A stretch of DNA of 64,000 nucleotides from Patescibacteria group bacterium (GCA_040384565.1 JAZKJC010000010.1:7113-71112); one strand, 5' to 3'; positions 1-9,271 are shown, counted from the stretch's first letter. Translations and numbers: made by a program. Notes: a model not told the origin generated them from the letters alone.

Positions 1-331
1 TTGGCTCAGAAATATCGTTTTTGGAATACACGAGAAGCACCTTAACAGACCGCATATCCTCATCAATTACCAATATACATCTATTGCCAGAGCTTTTGGG
101 AGATATTCGCGTACCTTCAACGGCAAAATCCAGCTTAACTAATTTATATTGACCAACAGAAGATATAAGGTCGGCTCTCTTATACTCGAGCATTCCGTCA
201 ATACGGCGACATACTTCTTCGATGTCGTCGTAGGTTTTATCCCAAGCGGCTTTATATTTTTTTAAAAAAGACTTTATAAAGTGACGCTCGCAAAATGGAT
301 CAAAATCAACACTATAGTTTTGTGCTTCCAT
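1..331 (-). CDS. Putative toxin partner of the upstream Panacea-type antitoxin; 3' end cut by window edge
   Basis: Not in the supplied ORF track because it runs off the window. My translation of the minus strand from ATG at 331..329: MEAQNYSVDFDPFCERHFIKSFLKKYKAAWDKTYDDIEEVCRRIDGMLEYKRADLISSVGQYKLVKLDFAVEGTRISPKSSGNRCILVIDEDMRSVKVLLVYSKNDISEP... The ATG lies 20 nt inside the end of 312..1037. The pattern K-x-DF...S-x-K-SGNR-x-I...LLVY-x-K recalls RelE/ParE-superfamily toxins (from memory, unverified). Confidence 0.45.
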   Translation of the reverse strand, partial: MEAQNYSVDFDPFCERHFIKSFLKKYKAAWDKTYDDIEEVCRRIDGMLEYKRADLISSVGQYKLVKLDFAVEGTRISPKSSGNRCILVIDEDMRSVKVLLVYSKNDISEP

Positions 332-1037
332 GGTATATGCGCTCTGGATCTTCCTGAGTAATAAGGCCGTACGGTATCACTTCACCCTCGCGACAGATCT
401 GCCACGGTAACTGAGCATGCGTAAAGTCCACAATCTCCTGTGTTTGCTGACCCTGCCATGCCTTCCCGATTTTTTTAATCAATACTTTTTCTTCGCTGTT
501 TAATCGATTGGACGGGGCCTCTCCGGATTCTGCCAGCTCCAACATGATAGACCGGCCTTTTTCCTCTCGGTTTATAATTCCATCTTCTTCAAGCTCATCA
601 AGAGCTCGGAAATATATATCTGGTACTGGTCCTCGCGGCAACTTACGATAACTCATGCCAGACATAGGTGTTAGCTTCTCGTAATACCAAGTGAAATCTG
701 CCAAATATACTAGTTTCGCAAGCTTTGTCTTGGTAATTTTGCCATCTGCTTTATCTGCACCAGCCTGTAAGGCATTCAATATGATCTGCTTATATTTTTC
801 CAGTGATGTTTGAGGATCACTGAGTGTCGACACACCATCCGGTGCTCCGCGTAGTTCATCAATACTCACGCGAAACATAGCCGCCAGAGCTTCTGCCTGT
901 GACAGAGTGATATCTCTCTTCCCTGCCTCAACCTGTGCGTAGGTTGGACGGCTCAGGCCGATGGCTGTTGCTACTTGTTCTTGTGTATGGCCACGCGCAA
1001 GGCGGGCCTTTTCTAGGTTGTGTGCAAGATTGCTCAT
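312..1037 (-). CDS. XRE-type HTH fused to Panacea/DUF4065 (SocA-like) antitoxin domain
   Basis: 241 aa. N-terminal HTH: LARGHTQEQVATAIGLSRPTYAQVEAGKRDITLSQAEALAAMF. The C-terminal half fits the DUF4065 pattern: KLAKLVYLADFTWYYEKLTPMSGMSYRKLPRGPVPDIY. Confidence 0.7.
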   Translation of the reverse strand: MSNLAHNLEKARLARGHTQEQVATAIGLSRPTYAQVEAGKRDITLSQAEALAAMFRVSIDELRGAPDGVSTLSDPQTSLEKYKQIILNALQAGADKADGKITKTKLAKLVYLADFTWYYEKLTPMSGMSYRKLPRGPVPDIYFRALDELEEDGIINREEKGRSIMLELAESGEAPSNRLNSEEKVLIKKIGKAWQGQQTQEIVDFTHAQLPWQICREGEVIPYGLITQEDPERIYHGSTKL

Positions 1038-1371
1038 ATTTGCCCTTTCATTTTGATATTTCTATGGTATCATGCTGGCGCTAAAAACACAACACATATT
1101 TGCAAAAATATTTTACACTTCATGTTCAATACGTGCTATAGTAATAATTGTTAGAACGTGTTCGGATCACGGGAAAACAAATATCAGTAAGGCTGCCTGA
1201 ATAATTGCAGCCAGCGAATTAAAAGAGGGTAAAATCAAAGCATATTTCTATCAAAAAGCAGAAACCGCAACGTCCATCTCGCAAAAGCGAACGTCACGGT
1301 TTCGATCAGAGACAACAAAAATGTTGTCTCTCCTACATTATCACAAACAACCTAATTAGGAGAATTCTTAG

Positions 1372-2091
1372 ATGAGTACAATCAATCTAGACTTACCAAT
1401 TCAATATCAAACCTTAAATATCGACATCGAACCAGTAGCCCAAATGCACCAATTTGGTGCCGAGGCATACGATGTTGCAAACTGGACAGGTGTTGTGGCT
1501 GTCAATAGTCCAGCAGAAGACACTTATCGCTTAGTATTGCCGTTTGCTATAGAGAGTGGCACGCGGGCAACTGCTGTAGTTGCATCCGGTACGGACGACG
1601 ACTTCAACAAACCAATCCAGTTTAAGAAACCCGCCGGATCCATTGATCTGTTCGTTGATTACCTGAAAAAGATGGGGCTACTTCCAGCAGAAGCAACAAC
1701 TATACCGGCAGAACTAAGGGAATTTGTAAAAGGCTTCAAAGTAGCTGATATCAAAGTCCCAGCAGGCACGCATATCATTCGTATTCATGCAAGCCAAAAG
1801 CTCCTGTCGCTTACGGAAGATAAGCGGTCATATCAGCTTGTGCTATATGCACCATTGTGCAATTTTGTAGTCGCTGGTGGGCAAACCAACCTGACAGCTT
1901 TAGTAAGTTTTGCGCCAGACTTTCAAGCACCCGTTACGGTTGAAACGCCCGTAGTGGAACCACTTCCGGGTCAGTCCATGCCTGGGGACGGTTCACCGGC
2001 TGCTTTACCAGCACAAGTAGCCAACCAAAAGGTTTACGGCTGGCACTGGAAAAACGATCCCAAAGTAACGATCAAGTATCGTTATAATTAA
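1372..2091 (+). CDS. Hypothetical protein
   Basis: 239-aa ORF with AGGAG-type RBS (aggagaattcttagATG). No motif recognised. Confidence 0.5.
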   Translation: MSTINLDLPIQYQTLNIDIEPVAQMHQFGAEAYDVANWTGVVAVNSPAEDTYRLVLPFAIESGTRATAVVASGTDDDFNKPIQFKKPAGSIDLFVDYLKKMGLLPAEATTIPAELREFVKGFKVADIKVPAGTHIIRIHASQKLLSLTEDKRSYQLVLYAPLCNFVVAGGQTNLTALVSFAPDFQAPVTVETPVVEPLPGQSMPGDGSPAALPAQVANQKVYGWHWKNDPKVTIKYRYN

Positions 2092-2106
2092 CAGTTAGGG
2101 CTGATA

Positions 2107-2138
2107 AAGTAGGGCGCCTTTGCAAAAACGCCCTACTT
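2107..2138. terminator. Bidirectional hairpin between convergent genes
   Basis: aagtagggcg-cctttgcaaaaa-cgccctactt is a 10-bp perfect stem with T/A runs on both sides. It lies between the 1372..2091 (+) and hsdS (-) stops. Confidence 0.5.
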
Positions 2139-3251
2139 TTATACTTTTAGCTTTCCGGAGATTAGGCGGGGGAGGAGGGAATCTCGAAGTTCCGCAAGAG
2201 CAGTCATCTGTTCTTTATTCTTTTCAACATTCATGGTGATTTGATTAAGGGGCTCCTCTATCTGAATTAGATGCTGATCTGATGGTGCGATAATTTTGTA
2301 ATTTTCAATCATTCCTTTAGTAATGAATTTGATTACAGAGCCCCTCGAGCCGCTAGTAATCTCGTCCAGAAATCGACTCATCAGAAAATATAGATAACCT
2401 ACTAGTCTTTCATCTGCGGGGATCAATACATAAGTCCTTTGGTAGGCTTCAAATTTGCCCCTGTATAATTTAAGGCTAAAATCTCCATTACCCGCGAGCA
2501 ATAATGCAGATCCTTCGAAAGAGTAATCAGGAGCCTTTGATGCGGTTTGTGCACATGTAAAGAATGGGTACTCGCCGTCCAGGGTGCCGAAATTCGCGTC
2601 CTTCTTCCCTGTTTTTACGGGAAAGAACTCCCCCAGCCTTCTTTCTGGCCAGGTTTGTGCTTCGGGGTTGTCTATGAAGTAATGCTTGAAAAGGGCTTGG
2701 CCAATCTGCTCCAGCGTCTCATTCATCCCCCGATTGAGCTCAATTTTTCTTTCAATCTCATCTAAAACTTCTGCCGCAAAATCTTGTTGTTCTCTTGCAG
2801 GAATTGTTACAGGTGCTGTTGCTAACAGCTTTGTATTGATCGACGGCATTGTCGCACCAACAGCAATTGATTTAATGTAGTTGGTAAAATGATCGCTTCG
2901 TAATAAAAAAGATAGAAAACGAGAGTTTACTTTTTCTTTGTTCGGGCTAACGCGCAAACAACGCCCTGAAAATAACCAACCATCTTCTTCTTTGTGTACA
3001 TATGATGCACGATCAACAGATCCAACACGGCTAAATACCGTATCGCCTTCTTTGAGCCAATATCTATTGAGCCTTTGTTTATCTAAATCTGTTACTCTCG
3101 GCAAACCATTTCTATCAATACGATCTTGTCCTAAATGTTCAACGGTAATAATAGGAGTGCCATCTGTGACATAGTCTTTTTGATGCAACTGACTCCCAAA
3201 AGGCCCAGTTTGGATGGTGGCAATATCGCCAAGTAAAACTGTCTGAGTCAT
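2139..3251 (-). CDS. hsdS: Type I restriction-modification specificity subunit
   Basis: 370 aa. N-terminal LGDIATIQTGPFGSQL, and a two-TRD layout with conserved spacer helices (ELNRGMNETLEQIGQALF ... ELRDSLLPRLISGKL). Overlaps the upstream ORF by 4 nt. Confidence 0.85.
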   Translation of the reverse strand: MTQTVLLGDIATIQTGPFGSQLHQKDYVTDGTPIITVEHLGQDRIDRNGLPRVTDLDKQRLNRYWLKEGDTVFSRVGSVDRASYVHKEEDGWLFSGRCLRVSPNKEKVNSRFLSFLLRSDHFTNYIKSIAVGATMPSINTKLLATAPVTIPAREQQDFAAEVLDEIERKIELNRGMNETLEQIGQALFKHYFIDNPEAQTWPERRLGEFFPVKTGKKDANFGTLDGEYPFFTCAQTASKAPDYSFEGSALLLAGNGDFSLKLYRGKFEAYQRTYVLIPADERLVGYLYFLMSRFLDEITSGSRGSVIKFITKGMIENYKIIAPSDQHLIQIEEPLNQITMNVEKNKEQMTALAELRDSLLPRLISGKLKV

Positions 3252-4333
3252 TTTTTATCACTCCTAGAAATCAGATCATAGGATAGGCTTGCTAATGAAA
3301 TATAATGAATAGCTAAGTTTTTATCTATTTGCGTTGCAAGACTGTGAGATTTTTCGTTTCTTAAAAATTGTATTGCCAAATTCAAATAGCCAACCCCACG
3401 AAAAAAATCACTTTTGGGAGTTCCAACTTCTGCTGTTTCTCCAAATATATTCTCGTGGTGTTTATTATTTTCCGCATTCATATTGAATATATCGCTCGCT
3501 TTTTCTTTGCCACTAATTTCTCGAAGTTTTTCTTTAACTACTTTGTAGGCTTCTTCAACAGCATGGAAGTAATCCTCATTATTTAAGTAATTACTGATGT
3601 GATCGTAGACTTCTTTTCGGATCTCGATAGTAATTGAGTCGCCTGTCGCAGTTGCGAATGTGAACTGAGATTCAGACTGCTTTGGGTCAGTCTTTTTTGC
3701 TCCTAATATTGGACGGCCAGAAACATATTTCTTTTCATAAAGATGTATGCCATCATACGATAGATTTTTATTAATTTTGTCCAAAACGCGTTTTGTATTC
3801 CAGTCTGGTTCTCGAACTTCTGGATGAAAAAACTCAGCTATAAATTTCAGAAACACACTATCTTCAATATCCAACAAATCAAATTTTTCGATATACCACT
3901 TATCATCCCAGTCATCATTATTAATTCTATGTTGGTGTATATCACCTCTCATGGTGTCAAATCTCGCATCTGATGAGGGCAAATTATCTAGTTCAAAAAT
4001 TCTTTCCCAAAACTGAACTTCGTCAAGTCTCCCGTAGAACCCATCGGAGAAGTAGGTATAAAGCAATTCAAGGATCGACCTTCGCGTGATTCTGCTGATA
4101 TTTTTTTGCATGTGCCCCGCAGATATCGGATTATTAGTTATCTGATCAATGTTTGATGAACCAATGGAAATGTTAGAACTATGGATGTTATCAAATCTTT
4201 GCGGTGTTGAGGTGCGAAATTCTAGTTCTTGCTTTGCTTTATGGTAGATGGACGAAGGAACATATTGGTTGTCAATGCTGGCTCGCATAATATCCTGTAG
4301 CTCTTGATCTGATTTTTGTTTTAAGTCATCCAT
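3248..4333 (-). CDS. HEPN-motif protein (TIGR02391/Ymh-like C-terminus, AbiJ-like N-terminal region) embedded in the type I R-M operon
   Basis: 361 aa. The C-terminus ...GYLNLAIQFLRNEKSHSLATQ... contains an Rx4H motif (R325..H330). The family resemblance is from memory only. Confidence 0.5.
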   Translation of the reverse strand: MDDLKQKSDQELQDIMRASIDNQYVPSSIYHKAKQELEFRTSTPQRFDNIHSSNISIGSSNIDQITNNPISAGHMQKNISRITRRSILELLYTYFSDGFYGRLDEVQFWERIFELDNLPSSDARFDTMRGDIHQHRINNDDWDDKWYIEKFDLLDIEDSVFLKFIAEFFHPEVREPDWNTKRVLDKINKNLSYDGIHLYEKKYVSGRPILGAKKTDPKQSESQFTFATATGDSITIEIRKEVYDHISNYLNNEDYFHAVEEAYKVVKEKLREISGKEKASDIFNMNAENNKHHENIFGETAEVGTPKSDFFRGVGYLNLAIQFLRNEKSHSLATQIDKNLAIHYISLASLSYDLISRSDKK

Positions 4334-4857
4334 TATAGCTTTACTCCGCCAGCAATAATTGCGATTAACAAATCTAAGGACTTGTCACCGATATAGCCAA
4401 GGGTTTTTAAGATTGCTGATTTATCTTTTTTTTCTGTAACTTCCAGTAATTGCCTTAGTAACTCTTTTGTTTCGTCTTCTTGCTTATCAATAATCTGGCT
4501 AACGTATTGGCTACTTATTGATATATTGCTTCCGTAAATATTGCCGAAGTGATTTTGCCGAGCATCTATGTGCATTGCTGATTGTTGAGATAAATAATTC
4601 TTGCCTAAAGCTGTTATTTGATAGGCCTTGTATTCGAGTTTATTTTTATGAATTTCTTCAAACCTATCATTTATCTTGCGAATGTATTTCATCGGCAGCA
4701 AAAAACTATTGAGAACGCTTAGGGTGTCTTGCTTGTCACCAATTTCATTTATGATGTCATCGAGTTTGGCAAAATGTCCTGTTGCATCTGTACCTAAATT
4801 GCCATCAGCAATTATTTGTAAAATCGTAGCTGCCAGCTCTTTTGCCCTAGGTGTCAT
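4333..4857 (-). CDS. Hypothetical protein embedded in the type I R-M operon
   Basis: 174 aa. Overlaps hsdM by 11 nt and the next ORF by 1 nt. Shares the peptide NI-x-x-SNISI-x-S with 3248..4333. No family recognised. Confidence 0.5.
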   Translation of the reverse strand: MTPRAKELAATILQIIADGNLGTDATGHFAKLDDIINEIGDKQDTLSVLNSFLLPMKYIRKINDRFEEIHKNKLEYKAYQITALGKNYLSQQSAMHIDARQNHFGNIYGSNISISSQYVSQIIDKQEDETKELLRQLLEVTEKKDKSAILKTLGYIGDKSLDLLIAIIAGGVKL

Positions 4858-6340
4858 AGCCGATCCTCTTCAAATTGTCTTTGATTTTGGCTTCTAGATC
4901 GTGGCTTTGGGCGAATTGATCTTTTAGGTCGGTGGTTAGGCGTTGCATTTTTTCTTCAAAGGCTTCGTCGTCGTCCTCTATGGCTTCACTGCCGACATAA
5001 CGCCCTGGAGTGAGCACGTAATCATGCTCTTTTATTTCGTTGAACGTAGCAACTTTGCAGAAGCCAGCTATATCTTCGTACTTATCATCTCTTGTTTTCC
5101 AGTGATGATATGCATCGGCAACTTTGGTGATATCATCTGCCCCTAGCTCTTTATTGCGGCGATTGATCATCGTTCCAAGGTTTCGTGCATCTACAAACAA
5201 GGTTTCACCTGTGCGGTTTGACTTATCACGGGAGATAAACCACAAACATGCTGGGATACCAGTATTAAAAAAGAGTTGAGCCGGGAGGGTTACGATGCAA
5301 TCTATAAGGTCTGCCTCTACAATTTTTTTACGAATATCACCCTCGCCCGAGCTTTGGCTGCTCATACTGCCATTTGCCAATACAAAACCAGCTGTGCCCT
5401 TAGGGCTGAGGTGATGGATAAAGTGCTGCACCCATGCAAAGTTAGCATTGCCTGTTGGTGGAGTGCCGTATTTCCAACGCACGTCGTTTCTTAACGTTTC
5501 GCCACCCCAGTCTGACACATTGAATGGAGGATTTGCTATCACAAAATCTGCTTTAAGATCAGGCAACTTATCATTATGCAAAGTATCGCCGTACTCTATC
5601 TGTGCACCAATGCCTCGAATTGCCATGTTCATCTTAGCCAGTCGCCAGGTGGTCTGATTTGACTCTTGGCCATACACGGCAATATCGCCTATGCGCCCAG
5701 CATGCTCACTCACAAAGTTTTCTGACTGCACAAACATGCCGCCACTACCGCAGCAAGGGTCATAAATACGTGACCCTGGGGCTGGTGCAAGTATGTTTAC
5801 TAACAACCCAACAATACTTCGTGGTGTATAAAATTGCCCACCACGCTTGCCCTCGGCATCTGCAAACATACCCATAAAATATTCATAAATACGCCCCAGC
5901 AGATCTTTGCTTTTATGGTCCTTGTCAAAAATGATGTTGCTGAATTGGTCTATTAACTCACCTAGCCGACGTTTATCAAGCCGTTCTTTGGCATATTCTT
6001 TTGGCAACACACCTTTTAGGCTGAGGTTGTCGCGTTCAATTGCATCCATGGCATCATCTATCAAAACCCCAATGTTTGGCTGTTTTGCATTGTCTTTTAG
6101 GAATGACCAACGGGCTTCTTTGGGCACCCAAAAAATGTTCTCGCCCGAATATTCGTCTTTATCCTCAGGGTCAGCATGAGCAACTTTGCTAAGTTCTGCA
6201 TGCTTTTCCTCAAATGCATCAGAAATATACTTTAGAAATATAAGCCCAAGCACCACATGCTTATACTCCGCCGCATCCATATTATTCCGCAATTTATCCG
6301 CCGCTGCCCAAAGCTTTTGCTCAATATCCCGAATATCCAA
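4847..6340 (-). CDS. hsdM: Type I restriction-modification N6-adenine DNA methyltransferase subunit
   Basis: 497 aa. Motif [11 protein letters not shown] and motif IV NPPF ([12 protein letters not shown]). TTG start with AGGAG about 9 nt upstream. Confidence 0.9.
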   Translation of the reverse strand: MDIRDIEQKLWAAADKLRNNMDAAEYKHVVLGLIFLKYISDAFEEKHAELSKVAHADPEDKDEYSGENIFWVPKEARWSFLKDNAKQPNIGVLIDDAMDAIERDNLSLKGVLPKEYAKERLDKRRLGELIDQFSNIIFDKDHKSKDLLGRIYEYFMGMFADAEGKRGGQFYTPRSIVGLLVNILAPAPGSRIYDPCCGSGGMFVQSENFVSEHAGRIGDIAVYGQESNQTTWRLAKMNMAIRGIGAQIEYGDTLHNDKLPDLKADFVIANPPFNVSDWGGETLRNDVRWKYGTPPTGNANFAWVQHFIHHLSPKGTAGFVLANGSMSSQSSGEGDIRKKIVEADLIDCIVTLPAQLFFNTGIPACLWFISRDKSNRTGETLFVDARNLGTMINRRNKELGADDITKVADAYHHWKTRDDKYEDIAGFCKVATFNEIKEHDYVLTPGRYVGSEAIEDDDEAFEEKMQRLTTDLKDQFAQSHDLEAKIKDNLKRIGYDT

Positions 6341-6549
6341 AATTGCACTCCTACTTAGTGCTAATTATACTCCTTTTACATCTGTTTTTGAAGTTAATAT
6401 CAAGTGCTAGTCAGGGTAGATAATTATTTATACATAGCAAGGAAGGATGTTCACATCTTCAAGCTTTCTCTAAGTAGACTCCTGCGAGAGCTCTTGATGA
6501 TCATGCCTTTGGCTTTACGCCGCTGGCGAAAATCCTTTCCGATTACTTT

Positions 6550-6564
6550 TGGCTGGGGAGGAGG
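6550..6564 (-). repeat. Exact 15-nt copy of the tRNA-Gln 3' end (including CCA)
   Basis: Plus-strand tggctggggaggagg at 6550..6564 is identical to 6756..6770. The two copies are separated by 191 nt. Confidence 0.8.
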
Positions 6565-6707
6565 CCCGGCCTGTCTGGCCGATAGGACGGACAGGGATTC
6601 GCCTTGTCAGCAAAAGAAAACATTACTTTTGCCAAGACAACCCTGCTCCCATGGTCGCAGGACAAGGTTCGGGGAGTGCCTTTCATGGCACTCCCGTTCG
6701 AACCCTA

Positions 6708-6755
6708 ATCAACAAACAGGGTTGTTACAACACCAAAAAGGTGTCATAACAACCC
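6708..6755 (-). terminator. Hairpin abutting the tRNA-Gln 3' end
   Basis: Minus strand: GGGTTGTTAtgACACCtttttGGTGTtgTAACAACCC, followed by tgtttgttgatt. Confidence 0.45.
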
Positions 6756-6830
6756 TGGCTGGGGAGGAGGGATTCGAACCCCCGAATGCCAGTACCAAAA
6801 ACTGGTGCCTTACCACTTGGCCACTCCCCA
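6756..6830 (-). tRNA. tRNA-Gln (anticodon UUG), CCA encoded
   Basis: Minus strand: TGGGGAGTGGCCAAGTGGTAAGGCACCAGTTTTTGGTACTGGCATTCGGGGGTTCGAATCCCTCCTCCCCAGCCA. It has a 7-bp acceptor stem, anticodon stem CCAGT/ACTGG with loop TTTTGGT, and T-loop TTCGAAT. It is close to the E. coli tRNA-Gln layout. Confidence 0.9.
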
Positions 6831-6874
6831 TCGTCGCTTTATTTTACCCTAAAGTGGGTTCGAATTATTAAAAT

Positions 6875-7026
6875 GAGGGATTTCGACTCACAAATATTTT
6901 TCTGCTGAAAAATTTCGCGAGCCCGCCTCGCGCCGTCGCGCTCCGGCCTTGCAGATTGCTTTCGAGCAATCTTCACCCCGAATGCCAGTACCAAAAACTG
7001 GTGCCTTACCACTTGGCCACTCCCCA
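6875..7026 (-). pseudogene. Disrupted second copy of tRNA-Gln
   Basis: 6976..7026 is identical to the 5' 51 nt of the intact gene (6780..6830). An 88-nt GC-rich insert follows, then a degenerate T-arm (GTCGAAATCCCTC at 6887..6875). The 3' acceptor strand is lost. A similar upstream TAAAAT box precedes both copies. Confidence 0.7.
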
Positions 7027-7110
7027 TCATCCAACCTATTTTACCTTAATAGTTAGGAAGTTTGTAAATTTATCCTGACAGTTTTAACGCTCTGCATGGA
7101 TAGTTACATA

Positions 7111-7674
7111 CTATTTTGATGCGACTAAATTTAACCCATGGACACTTATTCTATCAAGTGGTCTTAGAGTTCCCGGCAAAACTATTTTGACCCTTTCGCT
7201 GTGAGGTAAGTTTGATTCACGCCATTTCATTGCTCTGCCTGGGTAAGCATGCTTAAAGCCTAAAAGGATGCTTTCATCCGGTAATTCCAAGGTGCTATAG
7301 GCTCTTCCGTGATTCTGACCTCTTACAACATGGGGTGGCGTTACAGTAATTACACGATATTCCATCGCAGTTAAGTATGTGGCAACCAAAACTCCATATT
7401 TAGTTACCTGATCTTGCATAGGTTGAGTGGCGATTTCACCTAAACGCTTTAAGACTTCTTCTTCATGTGGCATGATTTCTGCACATAAAACGTAATTCGG
7501 AGCTTCTTCAGCAGAAATAGGTCCTAATGGTGTGACAATTTTAATTAAAAAGTCTTCCAATTCAGGTCGGCTTTCTATCAAAGCTGAAGGATTGTCTGGC
7601 AGCACCAATCCACTCACTGATTCAATTGTATCACTTGCCATGAAGTCCCTTTTAGAAATATAAACATATTGCAA
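7111..7674 (-). CDS. Hypothetical protein
   Basis: 187-aa ORF (the alternative start MASDT at about 7641 is possible). No motif recognised. Confidence 0.45.
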   Translation of the reverse strand: MQYVYISKRDFMASDTIESVSGLVLPDNPSALIESRPELEDFLIKIVTPLGPISAEEAPNYVLCAEIMPHEEEVLKRLGEIATQPMQDQVTKYGVLVATYLTAMEYRVITVTPPHVVRGQNHGRAYSTLELPDESILLGFKHAYPGRAMKWRESNLPHSERVKIVLPGTLRPLDRISVHGLNLVASK

Positions 7675-7777
7675 CCTTAAAAGTAAGTGTACTCCAAATT
7701 AGTTGATTTTAATACATATTCTTGAAGATGTTTCTTAGTTACATGAAATATGACAAGTTGGTATACTCATTAGCAGT

Positions 7778-9040
7778 ATGAAAGTGTTGGATCCTAAGGA
7801 ACTTGAGGCGCGACGCCAGAATCGTGTAACCAAGCATAAAAATAAACGCCGCAGGCATTTGGTAGTGCCATTTTTGTTGGTTATTACGGCTATTTATGTT
7901 GCTGGATCACTTATTATACCTTTGCCCCCTCTCCAGTTGGACGTGGAAGATGTTAAATTGAGTGAAAGGGTGCCTGTAAGCATTGCATGGCCAAAATACG
8001 GCCAGGCAGCGGTTGGCGCAGTTGGTTACGGGCTACTCCAAGAATCAGGCGAACAAAAACCACTACCTATGGCTAGCATTGCTAAAGTTGTTACAGCGGT
8101 AGCAATTCTTAAAACCCGGCCTATGAATCCTGGTGATAAACCGGAAATAATTACTTTAACCTCATTAGATGTGGGTGTTTATAACAGGTTTTTGTCCGAG
8201 GGACAATCTGTTGTAGCGGTTGAAGACGGCGAGCAGCTTACCCAGTATCAAGCCCTGCAGGCATTATTGCTGCCATCGGCTAATAATATGGCAGATACTC
8301 TTACGCGCTGGGCATTTGGATCAAACGAAGAATATCTGGCATTTGTGAACCCTTTTGTCGCAACCTTAGGCATGACACACACTAAAATAGCAGACTCCAG
8401 TGGATTCTCTTCCCAGACAGTAAGCACGGCGGCAGACTTAACTAAGCTTGCGGAAATAGCAATGAATAACCCAGTTATCGCGGAAATTGTGGGCCAGCAA
8501 CAAGCTGACTTGCCCGTAGCTGGAGTAGTACAGAATTATAATAATTTGCTTGGGCAAAATGGCATTAATGGCATAAAAACTGGGAATACTGACGAAGCTG
8601 GTGGTTGCTATCTTTTTTCCGCAACGCGGAAGATAGAGGGAGACCAAAGCGTTACGGTGGTTGGGGCAATTATGGGCGCACCTAATCGAGCCGGGGCAAT
8701 TGCAGACGCCTTACCTCTAATAGACGAGGCATTCAAAAATTTCAAAGTAATGACTCCTATCCAAACTAACCAGATTGTAGGAAAGATCTCAGATCCTGGC
8801 GGTGCTAATGTTCCTGTGAAAGTTAAACAAGGCGTAACAAGTCTTGAATGGACAGCGCAGGAGCCAAAAATTGAGGTCGTAGAAAATGCGCTTAGTTACC
8901 AAATTTCCCAAGGGTCAGATGTGGGGAAGCTAAAGGTTCATATAGGTAACATGGTGCACGAAGCCACCCTAGTAGCTGACGGAACAATCAAACCCAAATC
9001 TATGCTTTGGAGGATCAGGCACGCCGGCGGCTACTTGTAA
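7778..9040 (+). CDS. D-alanyl-D-alanine carboxypeptidase (peptidase S11, PBP5/6-like)
   Basis: 420 aa with an N-terminal TM segment. SxxK (ASIAK), SxN (PSANN) and KTG (IKTGNT) motifs occur in the correct order. Confidence 0.85.
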   Translation: MKVLDPKELEARRQNRVTKHKNKRRRHLVVPFLLVITAIYVAGSLIIPLPPLQLDVEDVKLSERVPVSIAWPKYGQAAVGAVGYGLLQESGEQKPLPMASIAKVVTAVAILKTRPMNPGDKPEIITLTSLDVGVYNRFLSEGQSVVAVEDGEQLTQYQALQALLLPSANNMADTLTRWAFGSNEEYLAFVNPFVATLGMTHTKIADSSGFSSQTVSTAADLTKLAEIAMNNPVIAEIVGQQQADLPVAGVVQNYNNLLGQNGINGIKTGNTDEAGGCYLFSATRKIEGDQSVTVVGAIMGAPNRAGAIADALPLIDEAFKNFKVMTPIQTNQIVGKISDPGGANVPVKVKQGVTSLEWTAQEPKIEVVENALSYQISQGSDVGKLKVHIGNMVHEATLVADGTIKPKSMLWRIRHAGGYL

Positions 9041-9091
9041 AATCTGGTTCTAGCTTGCCTAAACCCATCTAAACCAGTTAAAGTGTTCGGA

Positions 9092-9250
9092 AGACTACTT
9101 CAGAAGTAACTCCCCAGCCAAAAAATGCCCTTTTTGCCCCAAACTTCCCAAAATTTTAAAACCGTACCCTTGGTACGCTTTGAAAATTTTAGAAACTTTG
9201 GAACAAAAATCTTCATTTTTTCATCTGGGTTCTTATTTCTGAAGTAGTCT
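9092..9250. repeat. About 160-nt imperfect palindrome (long hairpin or MITE-like)
   Basis: Ends: agactacttcagaa (9092..9105) and ttctgaagtagtct (9237..9250). The arms stay largely complementary down to the centre gtacccttggtac at about 9171. Confidence 0.6.
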
Positions 9251-9271
9251 ATAATAGATTTTAAGGATATT

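Noticed and set aside
6404-6871. 155-aa ORF and neighbouring small ORFs (6549..6749, 6839..7030) across the tRNA region.
   Set aside because: They overlap the tRNA-Gln gene and its fragments. The sequence is better explained as RNA or repeat DNA.
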